Source: Thermoproteota archaeon
GTDB taxonomy: Archaea > Asgardarchaeota > Njordarchaeia > Njordarchaeales > Panguiarchaeaceae
Reading direction: 5' to 3'
Length of the DNA stretch: 64,000 nt
Assembly: GCA_024720975.1 (NCBI GenBank)
Contig: JANJXX010000002.1
Location: 64,001 to 128,000 of the forward strand
A model generated the notes under the pieces. It saw only the letters and a list, made by a program, of their open reading frames with translations. It had not been told where the DNA came from and did no database searches. A program made the position numbers and the translations under genes. Shown piece after piece: positions 37,707 through 46,290 of the stretch (the first letter of the stretch is position 1; each line of letters opens with the position of its first letter).

Positions 37707-38774
37707 TTAACTACCTATGCATCGCTTAAGTACATTAGCATAAATACGCACTAGTTCATTTGGATAAAGCATATAAGCTTTCCATATAGAATCGAAGGCC
37801 GCTCGGAAGTTCCCTTTGGCTATATAGCATTCAGATAATCCGAATAACGCCAACAGCTTTATTTTTTTATCACGGACTTGAATTAGCGCTCTAAACGCCA
37901 GGGAGGCCTCATCATATGACCCTATGTTAAGTAGAATTGCTCCTCTAAGCAACCTAGCGATAGGATCTTGGCGTATTAGTAATGCTTGTTTTACATACTC
38001 TAAAGCAAGCTTGAACTCTCCATAGAGGGCGTATATCTGGGAGATATTTATTAGAGCCTCAAACTTATCTTTCATATCCCCAGCCAAAGCTACTGCTTTT
38101 GTGAATAGTCCAAGAGCTACAGTGGGTTTATTAAGAAAGAAGAGCACTTTACCTTTAGCTGTTAATAAGTTATAATCATTTTCCCCAGTGGAGTATTGCC
38201 TTAATTTTATCAGCGCTTCCTTAGCAAACGGTGTTTGGGCCATCAGAGCTATCAGATATGATACTAATTCCTGCCTAATAACTGGATCTAATCCACTAAG
38301 TCTATCATTCCTGAGAAGTTTGGTTATGAGAGCTAATGCAAACTTAGAGAAAGGCTCTTCTTTCAAGTAGTCTTGCACTATTTGTCTGCGCAAGTTTGTA
38401 ACTCTCTGCTCACTCAAAAGCTCGTACCAGCTGCCTATCTTATGAGCTAGCGTCGAAACAGGCGATATAATAAGTATTTTGGTCCTAATTCTGCGTAAGG
38501 TATCTAAGATTTTAGTAAAATCATTGACGAGAATACTGGCCACAAGTCTGTATTCGAGAATCTTGACATTGTTCTCATCGTATATGTCTAACTGATCTTC
38601 AAGAAACCTCTCAGAAACGCTTATAATTCCTTCATAATCTCTTTTGAGTAGCTTTATAGCAAGTAGATTCAAGACGCTATCTTTTTCCAATGTAGGCACA
38701 GTATCTGTCACTTTTTTCTCTGCTGAATCTAAGTCTCCTTGAAGTAAGTCAAGGAGCCAGTCAAGCTTTTGCAT
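37707..38774 (-). CDS. Tetratricopeptide repeat protein
   Basis: Repeated TPR consensus (A...G...ALEY.KQAL; RGAILLNIGSYDEA) in the C-terminal half. Confidence 0.8.
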   Translation of the reverse strand: MQKLDWLLDLLQGDLDSAEKKVTDTVPTLEKDSVLNLLAIKLLKRDYEGIISVSERFLEDQLDIYDENNVKILEYRLVASILVNDFTKILDTLRRIRTKILIISPVSTLAHKIGSWYELLSEQRVTNLRRQIVQDYLKEEPFSKFALALITKLLRNDRLSGLDPVIRQELVSYLIALMAQTPFAKEALIKLRQYSTGENDYNLLTAKGKVLFFLNKPTVALGLFTKAVALAGDMKDKFEALINISQIYALYGEFKLALEYVKQALLIRQDPIARLLRGAILLNIGSYDEASLAFRALIQVRDKKIKLLALFGLSECYIAKGNFRAAFDSIWKAYMLYPNELVRIYANVLKRCIGS

Positions 38775-38859
38775 AGTAAAACCCTTGATAATAAAAGACG
38801 ATACTGATATTAAGTGTTTTGTAGCCTAATGACAGTTCTTAGCTTTGAGGGAAATTAAT

Positions 38860-40161
38860 ATGGTATACATCAAAGATGATATAGAGTCACTGGATGAAAA
38901 GATTGACGAAGAAGTAAGAGTTTGCGGTTGGATTATTAGAAAGAGATCCGTCGGGAAAATTCTATTCTGGAGAGTCCTTGATTCCACAGGAGAAGTGCAA
39001 GTGATCTTCAAGAAGGATGAAGTTCCAGACGAGCTATTTGAAACCGCGCAGAGAGCTACATTACTTAGCGCCGTAGAAGTTAAGGGCATTGTTAGACGAG
39101 CCCAAACTAAGGGCGGGAAGGAAATTGTTCCTAAGGAAGTTATAGTAACGCCCTCGGATCCTATATTACCAATAGATCCCCTAAACAGAACTAGCACCTT
39201 GGCTCAAAGACTTAACTATCGCGCACTTGATCTGCGCGATCCCAAGGTGAGCGCAATCTTCAAAATCCGATCAATGATCGCTCAGGCATTTCGTGAGTAT
39301 TTTACATCTCAGGGATTCGTGGAGATACATACGCCCGCCATAAGCGTATACTCTGCTGAAGGAGGGGCCGATGTTTTTGAGGTTAAGTATTTTGACAAGA
39401 ATGCATATCTTCGACAGTCACCACAACTGTACAAGCAACTTGCCGTGGCAGGTTTGGAGAAAGTCTTTGAGATAGGACCTGCATTTCGTGCGGAAAAACA
39501 TTGGACAATAAGACATCTTTGCGAGTTCACTTCAATGGATATAGAGGTCGCGTGGATAAATGATATTCAACCACTTCTGGAGTTTGCTGAAAATGCGATC
39601 AGATACATATTTGGGAAGTTAAATGAAAATGGAAGGAGGTACTTTGAAATTCTTGGTGTTGAGCCACCCAAAGTCCCTGAAAAACCCTTCCCAAAAATTA
39701 CTTGGGAAGAAGCAATGAAATTCATAAAGGAGCGCGGAATCGCTGTGGAGGGAAAGGACTTACCCCCAGCTGGCGAGAGAGTACTCTACGAGTACTCGAA
39801 AGATCATTATGATTGCGAATTCATATGGATTGTTGACTGGCCATTTGAGGTAAGACCATTCTATGCAATGAAGTATCCTAATTCTGAACTCACGCAAAGT
39901 ATGGATTTGCTGTACCGCGGATTAGAGATACTTACTGGAGGAAAACGCGAACATAGATATGAGATACTAAGAGCACAAATGCTTCAAAAGAATCTCCGAC
40001 CGGAATTTTTCGGATATTATCTGGAAGCATTTAAATACGGTTTTCCTCCTCATGGAGGCTGGGCAATAGGACTAGATAGAATCACAATGCAAATTCTAAA
40101 TTTAGGTAATATCAGGGAGTGTACGCTATTTCCAAGAGATCCTGAGCGCCTAGAACCCTAA
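38860..40161 (+). CDS. aspS: Aspartyl-tRNA synthetase (archaeal type)
   Basis: AEGGA, QSPQLYKQ, FRAE, RHLCEF, GFPPHGG...GLDR, FPRDPERLEP. Confidence 0.95.
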   Translation: MVYIKDDIESLDEKIDEEVRVCGWIIRKRSVGKILFWRVLDSTGEVQVIFKKDEVPDELFETAQRATLLSAVEVKGIVRRAQTKGGKEIVPKEVIVTPSDPILPIDPLNRTSTLAQRLNYRALDLRDPKVSAIFKIRSMIAQAFREYFTSQGFVEIHTPAISVYSAEGGADVFEVKYFDKNAYLRQSPQLYKQLAVAGLEKVFEIGPAFRAEKHWTIRHLCEFTSMDIEVAWINDIQPLLEFAENAIRYIFGKLNENGRRYFEILGVEPPKVPEKPFPKITWEEAMKFIKERGIAVEGKDLPPAGERVLYEYSKDHYDCEFIWIVDWPFEVRPFYAMKYPNSELTQSMDLLYRGLEILTGGKREHRYEILRAQMLQKNLRPEFFGYYLEAFKYGFPPHGGWAIGLDRITMQILNLGNIRECTLFPRDPERLEP

Positions 40162-40297
40162 TTTTATGCTACATTATTTGAGACTCAGATCCTTGAAAAT
40201 TGAGACTAACTTTTAACTAGCTTTATCTTAAATACTTACAAATAACCTGCCAGAAACCTTTATTTGGGTGAAGTTAGCTTTCTAAAGTGATATCCAT

Positions 40298-40924
40298 ATG
40301 TTTTACCTCGTAAAAGCAGAAATAACAACTCCGATAGCCCCCGATCAGATAGATCCGGAGAAGGACATAAATGATGTTGCTCTAGGGATAGTAAGAGAAG
40401 CCTTAGAGGGGACCGTTCATCCAGATTTTGGATATATAATTGCCATCCTTAATGGTAGAACTAAGACTTTCGGGTACATTACAACTCAGACTCCATCGAT
40501 ATTCTTTAAAGTCTACGTTGAAATGCTTGTATTTAAACCTGAGAATAACGAGGTCGTCGAGGGGTCCGTTGAAAACGCCATAGAAACCGGCGTCTTCGTT
40601 AATCTGGGTTTCCAGGATGCATTTATTTCAATAAATGCGCTCGGACAAGACCACTTTGTATATGATATAAGAACCGGTGAGCTTCAAGGCACACGAACTC
40701 AAATAACTATTAGACGCGGGGATTGGATCCGAGGAAAGCTTCTACCTGCAGCTACTAGCATAATTGTAGCAGAGGGGGCACGATGGTCGAAAACAAGAAT
40801 AACTGTGAGAACCCCTATAAGATTAGATAGAGTGACTGGAGAGCTAAGAATCCGAATGAGTAGTCGCGAACCTGGTCTGGGATTGCTTAAGGTAATATTT
40901 AGGAATAAAGTAGAGTCCACTTAG
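40298..40924 (+). CDS. rpoE1: RNA polymerase subunit Rpo7 (RpoE')
   Basis: FKPENNEVVEG, GVFVNLG..DAFI S1 domain, REPGLG. Confidence 0.9.
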   Translation: MFYLVKAEITTPIAPDQIDPEKDINDVALGIVREALEGTVHPDFGYIIAILNGRTKTFGYITTQTPSIFFKVYVEMLVFKPENNEVVEGSVENAIETGVFVNLGFQDAFISINALGQDHFVYDIRTGELQGTRTQITIRRGDWIRGKLLPAATSIIVAEGARWSKTRITVRTPIRLDRVTGELRIRMSSREPGLGLLKVIFRNKVEST

Positions 40925-40974
40925 TTGGGTTCCAAGTACTATCATAGTACACATATCATAAATTTTAACATGAA

Positions 40975-42054
40975 TCAGAGAACTTGTAGGTCGATACAGT
41001 AAATATATCTCCTAGGGGAAACCTCCTCGATGACCCTGCTGGATAAGTTAATAATTTTCCTATCGTGTGATTGAACAATATCCTCAATTCTATGTACTAA
41101 ACTTTCAAGCTCATCAACTCTTGAGAACACATAGACATGTATAAATCCATATGATCTAAGAACACTTATTGCTGAATCAATGAACTCTATAGAACGCTCC
41201 GGATAATTCATTATTATTCTGCTTGCCTCGTATCCCACCTCTGCGATTTTAAGTCGAGCATCGCCTTCTAGGATTGATATGCTCACTTTATTCAGCTTAG
41301 AATTTAATTTCATGAATTCTACAGCATGTTTGTTTATATCAATAGCACAAACTTGAGCGCCGGATAATTTCTTGATGAGTATAGCAAAGGGGCCGACGCC
41401 CGCAAACATATCAACAACGAATTCGTCCCTTTCAACTCGCTCGGCAATTACCAGTCTTTCATTACTTAATCGAGGATTGAAGAAAACTTTTGAGATATCG
41501 AGAGAAAACCAACATCCATTCTCGCGGTGCACAGTAAATGTATCCCCCCATCCAGCCAACTTGTGCCAAGAGGCAACTCTTTGGATCCCGTTGAACTTCT
41601 CCGCTTTGAGAAAAACTGCTCTGACACCAAAATTTTTAAGTAAAACCTTCCCGATTTCATATTCACGTCCCTGTGCAGCCTCTGGAAGTTTATTTACCAA
41701 TAGAATGTCCCCTACAAGAGTTGCACTTTTAGGAATAGGGACTCCTACACTCTTCTCAAGTTTTTTAAGGCTTATGATTTGCTTTCTCTTCGGGAAAATA
41801 TCTGGAAGCATCCACGTAATTTCGGCGTTTAATTCTTGTTTGATAAAATCAACAACGTTTCTCCCAGGGGATTCCCTAAGCGGAATGTAGACTTTATACT
41901 CAGAGAATGCTGGTTTAAGCGTTTTATGAGAGTATTTAGCCAAAGTTGCGAGAGCTTTGTTGAGGTTTTCAATTGGTAGTATTACCACCTCAACTACATT
42001 TTCAGGCATAATAGACTCCCGTTCAAAAGTTATTAACATTATAGATTCTATCAA
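40975..42054 (-). CDS. Trm5/Taw22-family tRNA methyltransferase
   Basis: HRENG, KVFFNPRLSNER, DMFAGVGPF, IIMNYP. Confidence 0.88.
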   Translation of the reverse strand: MIESIMLITFERESIMPENVVEVVILPIENLNKALATLAKYSHKTLKPAFSEYKVYIPLRESPGRNVVDFIKQELNAEITWMLPDIFPKRKQIISLKKLEKSVGVPIPKSATLVGDILLVNKLPEAAQGREYEIGKVLLKNFGVRAVFLKAEKFNGIQRVASWHKLAGWGDTFTVHRENGCWFSLDISKVFFNPRLSNERLVIAERVERDEFVVDMFAGVGPFAILIKKLSGAQVCAIDINKHAVEFMKLNSKLNKVSISILEGDARLKIAEVGYEASRIIMNYPERSIEFIDSAISVLRSYGFIHVYVFSRVDELESLVHRIEDIVQSHDRKIINLSSRVIEEVSPRRYIYCIDLQVL

Positions 42055-42104
42055 GTAGTATCATTTTTACATCGCATTACTGAAAACTGGCAGGTGCAAC
42101 TTCG

Positions 42105-43484
42105 TTGGACAAGCTCTTCGGAACGTCTGGCATCCGCGGATCAATGAGCGAGATTACTCCGGAATTCAGTGCCAAGCTGGGTTTATGTGCTGCCGCTTTC
42201 TATGATCGGGGTTCAACTGTAATTGTTGCTCGCGACCATAGACCTCATGCTCAAATTGTTGAAATGGCTTTAATTAGTGGCTTAATAGCAGGAGGCGTCA
42301 ATGTTCTAGAGTCAGGAGTATCTCCAACACCAGCGGTTTTGTGGGCAATTAAAGAGTTCAAAGCAGACGGCGCTATTGTTGTTACAGGTTCTCATACACC
42401 CCCTGAAATCGTTGGAATACTGTTCTTCAAAAATGATACATCGGAGCTTGACAGAGACGAAGAAAAGACATTTGAGGAAATGTTCCTCAGCGAGAGATAC
42501 ACACAGGTGCCATGGAATGAAGTTGGAGACTTTGAATACGTTGATGTTAGAGAAATATACATTGAAAGAGTCCTTGGTAGTATTAAATCCGAGCACATAT
42601 GCGATTCAAGAGTTGTGATAGACCCAGGTAACGGCGCTGCTTCAGGAATTCTAAAGGAAATAGTCGAACTTGCAGGTGCAGACGTTATAGCTATAAACGA
42701 TACCCTCGATCCACGATTTCCAAAGCGTGATCCATTTCCTCGCCCTGAAAATTTAGCAAAATTGGGTGCATTAGTCAAGTCTACAAACGCTGATTTGGGC
42801 GTCGCAACTGATGGTGATGGCGACCGCGCAATATTTGCCGGTGATGACGGAAGAGTTTACTGGGGAGATATTTCCAGTGCTATGTTTGCCATTGACGGGA
42901 TAAAGAACAGAAACATTAATAGCATTGTTGTCACAATAAATACTAGTAGCATCGTCGAAATCGTCGCAAGAAAGTTTGGAGGTAAAGTACACTATTGTGA
43001 TGTGGGTCCTCCATCCATAGCCTCTAAAATGAAGGAGACTGCATCTGGATTGGGTCTTGAAGAATCGGGCAAGTACATATGGTCAGACTGCATCTTCTAC
43101 GGCGATGCTGCACTATCTACTCTTCGTATGCTAGAGTTTTTAAAGAGAACTAACAAATCGTTCTCTGACATTGTTCAGGAACTTCCTAAGCGCTATTTGA
43201 TGAAAATTGCTATTGATTGCCCCAATGAAATAAAAAGTATCATTACTAGAGAGCTAGAAGAGCGCATTGGCCGCCTCGAAATTAAGCCGATTCGTCAATT
43301 AATAAAAATTCATAATGGGTTTAAGGTTATATTCTGTGATGATTCATGGCTTCTCTTTAGACCATCAGGAACAGAACCAAAATATAGAATACATAGCGAA
43401 AGTTCAGATGAAGAAGATTCTAAATCGCTTATCTCACTTGGGTTTGAATTGGTTAGCAATATTATCAAACGTCATATAGGTTAG
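42105..43484 (+). CDS. Phosphohexomutase (PGM/PMM/GlmM family)
   Basis: LFGTSGIRG, TGSHTP, DGDGDR, RPSGTEP. Confidence 0.93.
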   Translation: MDKLFGTSGIRGSMSEITPEFSAKLGLCAAAFYDRGSTVIVARDHRPHAQIVEMALISGLIAGGVNVLESGVSPTPAVLWAIKEFKADGAIVVTGSHTPPEIVGILFFKNDTSELDRDEEKTFEEMFLSERYTQVPWNEVGDFEYVDVREIYIERVLGSIKSEHICDSRVVIDPGNGAASGILKEIVELAGADVIAINDTLDPRFPKRDPFPRPENLAKLGALVKSTNADLGVATDGDGDRAIFAGDDGRVYWGDISSAMFAIDGIKNRNINSIVVTINTSSIVEIVARKFGGKVHYCDVGPPSIASKMKETASGLGLEESGKYIWSDCIFYGDAALSTLRMLEFLKRTNKSFSDIVQELPKRYLMKIAIDCPNEIKSIITRELEERIGRLEIKPIRQLIKIHNGFKVIFCDDSWLLFRPSGTEPKYRIHSESSDEEDSKSLISLGFELVSNIIKRHIG

Positions 43485-43522
43485 TTAAAAATAAGCAGAA
43501 GTGTGTCTGGCGTAAGAAGTTT

Positions 43523-45448
43523 TCAAGAACTTTTTAATTTGCTGAGAAACTTATCTAGCTCCTCTTTCAAGATTTTAGCTGCAATGTTTCCACTAATCTT
43601 ACCCCGGAATTCTTCCATGACGAGCCCCATTAGTGGCTTGAACGCATACTCTCTACGCTCAATTATTAGGTCTTTTTTCTCGTGTAACAACTTAGTTATA
43701 AAGTCCCTTAGCATCTCTTCGCTAACTTTCTGAAGCTCTAGCTCCTTGATTATTTCCTCAGCACTTAAACTTGGATTTTGAAATAATTTCTCAAGAATAA
43801 TCTCTAAGGCTTCCTTCGCAACTTTTCCAGACATTATAGCTAGCAGAACTTTAATTAACTCGTCTTCGGGTACATTTACAGCTTCAAATCCTTTCCTTTG
43901 CAAACTCGTGATCACATTTATAGATCTAATTACTAACCGTGGATCGATGCTCTTGTTAATGCTCACTTCGAAGAAGTCTGCCCATTGTGATAGGATAATT
44001 CTATGCACGTCATCATAAGGTATTTTATATTTGTTTGAAATCTCCCTCGCTATATCCCATGGGAATTTAAATTCTATCCTTGAGATTTTGCTCAATAATT
44101 CACCTTTTATCTCTATCGGAGGCGAATCTGTATCGGGATACAACCTGGCCGCGCCGCCCAGCGGCCTCTCAAAACTCGTTGTTCCATCGGGATTTGCCTT
44201 ACGTGTCTCCGAAGGCGGACCACTTAGAGCAAGTATTGCGCGCTCTTTTATCTCCTCAATTGCATCCAATACTTTAGGTTCAGGACCCACCACAACAACG
44301 ACACAATCTCTTTCTCTATCTGCTCTTGTAACATCAAAAAGCTTATTTTTCTCTTCTTCAGAAATACCGTAAGCTGGTAATTCATCTGTATGAATAATTC
44401 CGGCTAAGCCTGTTATAACCTTCACACGTTCTGCGAATTCTTTCCCGAAACGCCTATTTTTTTGGATTTCTTTTCCAAGTATACCCCCAAACCCTGGTAG
44501 TTTAAGAGCATATACCTTTTCTCCCTGAGAAATAGCCTTTTGTATAAACTTGGCTTTAGTACCCTTAAAAATATGAGTAACGTCGATGGATTTTTCATTT
44601 ATTATATCATTTGCTGATATACCCCTGCTCTTCATTTCCTTTGCAATTTCTATGAGGTTAATCTGCCTCATTATTTCGCCATCTATTAGCGGTTTGAACC
44701 ATTCGGGATATTGTACACCCTTTATTTCGACCCTCGTTCCCTCTTTTATTGATATATTTATATCTTGCCGAATTGTTCCAAGACCCCTTTTCACTCGCTT
44801 AGTCGCTCGTAATATAGCTCCTATTTTCAGTGCACACTCGAGAACTTCATCTGGAGACTCCAATTCTGCTGCTGTTGTTATTTCTACTAGAGGAATTCCT
44901 AGTCTATCCACCCTGAATACAACTTCCTCTTCGGATTCTTTTACTTTTCTGGCAGCATCCTCTTCAAGACAAAGTTGATCTATCCTAACTTTTTTTCCAT
45001 TTGAAAGCTCGAGCTCACCTTTTAATCCTATAAGAATTGTTCTCTGAAATCCACTTGGAACGCTGCCATCCAGGTACTGCTTCCTTGATACAAACAACAC
45101 ATCCGGAATTTCCATTTTAAAAATTCTTGCTAGAAGCAGAGCAGTCTCTAAGGCATAATCATCAACAAATTCTGGAGGTTTTTCATCAATCTCGTACAAA
45201 CACAAGTCCTTGTACATCTCATAGATTATTCTCCTTCTCTTCTTAAATTCTTTTATAGCTGTTGGATCTAGCTCCCCAGTCTCAGATAGCGTTGGCCTTT
45301 GAAAGCGGACTATTCTTACATCAGGTTCTCTGTCTATAAGTTCCGGCTTACAGAAGCAGAAAAGTTTTCTGGGAGAATCTAACTGCTGATGAATTTCAAG
45401 TCCAACTCTTAAACCTACTTGTTTGTAGTTTATCTCCATGGCAATCAC
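43523..45448 (-). CDS. gatE: Glu-tRNA(Gln) amidotransferase subunit E
   Basis: GLEIHQQL, DGSVPSGFQRT, LEEDAAR, RGLGTIRQD, RLYPDTD. Confidence 0.96.
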   Translation of the reverse strand: MIAMEINYKQVGLRVGLEIHQQLDSPRKLFCFCKPELIDREPDVRIVRFQRPTLSETGELDPTAIKEFKKRRRIIYEMYKDLCLYEIDEKPPEFVDDYALETALLLARIFKMEIPDVLFVSRKQYLDGSVPSGFQRTILIGLKGELELSNGKKVRIDQLCLEEDAARKVKESEEEVVFRVDRLGIPLVEITTAAELESPDEVLECALKIGAILRATKRVKRGLGTIRQDINISIKEGTRVEIKGVQYPEWFKPLIDGEIMRQINLIEIAKEMKSRGISANDIINEKSIDVTHIFKGTKAKFIQKAISQGEKVYALKLPGFGGILGKEIQKNRRFGKEFAERVKVITGLAGIIHTDELPAYGISEEEKNKLFDVTRADRERDCVVVVVGPEPKVLDAIEEIKERAILALSGPPSETRKANPDGTTSFERPLGGAARLYPDTDSPPIEIKGELLSKISRIEFKFPWDIAREISNKYKIPYDDVHRIILSQWADFFEVSINKSIDPRLVIRSINVITSLQRKGFEAVNVPEDELIKVLLAIMSGKVAKEALEIILEKLFQNPSLSAEEIIKELELQKVSEEMLRDFITKLLHEKKDLIIERREYAFKPLMGLVMEEFRGKISGNIAAKILKEELDKFLSKLKSS

Positions 45449-45551
45449 TAATTTACTCCTTTACTCTTACTATCGGAATAAATTTGGATATATTGACTAT
45501 GTACTTTGTTCTTTAGCTTTACTACTCAGCTGCATTGTACGGGTGAGGAGT

Positions 45552-46124
45552 TTGAAATTCGACATACTGCGTTGGGATGACGTGATCCGTTTATCACTTA
45601 AATTAGCAAGAAAAGTTAGCGCATCGGAATTCAAACCAGATGTTATCGTTGCATTGCTTCGAGGTGGTCTCGTCCCGGCTAGGATTCTCTCCGATGTTCT
45701 TGGAGTGTATAAGCTGTTTATCGTTGGAGTTGCTTTTTACGTTGACGTTGGGATACATGCCAGCAAGCCTGTTATAACTCAACCACTGAACGCAAATTTA
45801 GGCGGATCTAATGTGCTTATAGTTGATGATGTAGCTGACACCGGAAAGTCTCTTATCGTTGCTAAGGAGCATGTTAAATCCATGGGAGCGGGCTCCATAA
45901 AGATCGCGACCCTTCATAAAAAGCCCTGGTCAGAAATAGAACCCGACTATTTTGTATCTGAAACCAACGCATGGATTGTCTATCCCTGGGAATACGTTGA
46001 AGTCATTAAAAGTTTGGAAAGTAAGCTATCATCGGAAGCTCTTTCAGAAGAAGCGAGGGCACATATTACCGATGCATTGCGGAAAATTAGAGAGGCTCTA
46101 AGATTCTACGAGGAGCACTTATAG
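45552..46124 (+). CDS. Purine phosphoribosyltransferase (type I PRTase)
   Basis: RGGLVPAR, VLIVDDVADTGKS, WIVYPWE; TTG start after GGTGAGGAG. Confidence 0.9.
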   Translation: MKFDILRWDDVIRLSLKLARKVSASEFKPDVIVALLRGGLVPARILSDVLGVYKLFIVGVAFYVDVGIHASKPVITQPLNANLGGSNVLIVDDVADTGKSLIVAKEHVKSMGAGSIKIATLHKKPWSEIEPDYFVSETNAWIVYPWEYVEVIKSLESKLSSEALSEEARAHITDALRKIREALRFYEEHL

Positions 46125-46273
46125 AACAAGTACTCTGGGCTATTCCAAAGACCGGAAAATTACAGAAATAAGCGAACTTTGATGAGCGTAGAGGGTCCTG
46201 TAACTTGTACTTTGGTGTAACGTTAAACCCTGCTTCACCTACGAGAGAACCACATCGATTTGACCAACGAGGA

Positions 46274-46290
46274 TACCTGCCACGCGGGTA
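46274..46290. terminator. Short hairpin abutting the polB stop
   Basis: TACCTGC-CAC-GCGGGTA between convergent genes. Confidence 0.3.

Noticed and set aside
46160-46205. TTGATGA-GCGTAGAGGGTC-CTGT as part of a C/D sRNA
   Set aside because: D box is imperfect, no second box pair, and only an 8-nt rRNA match
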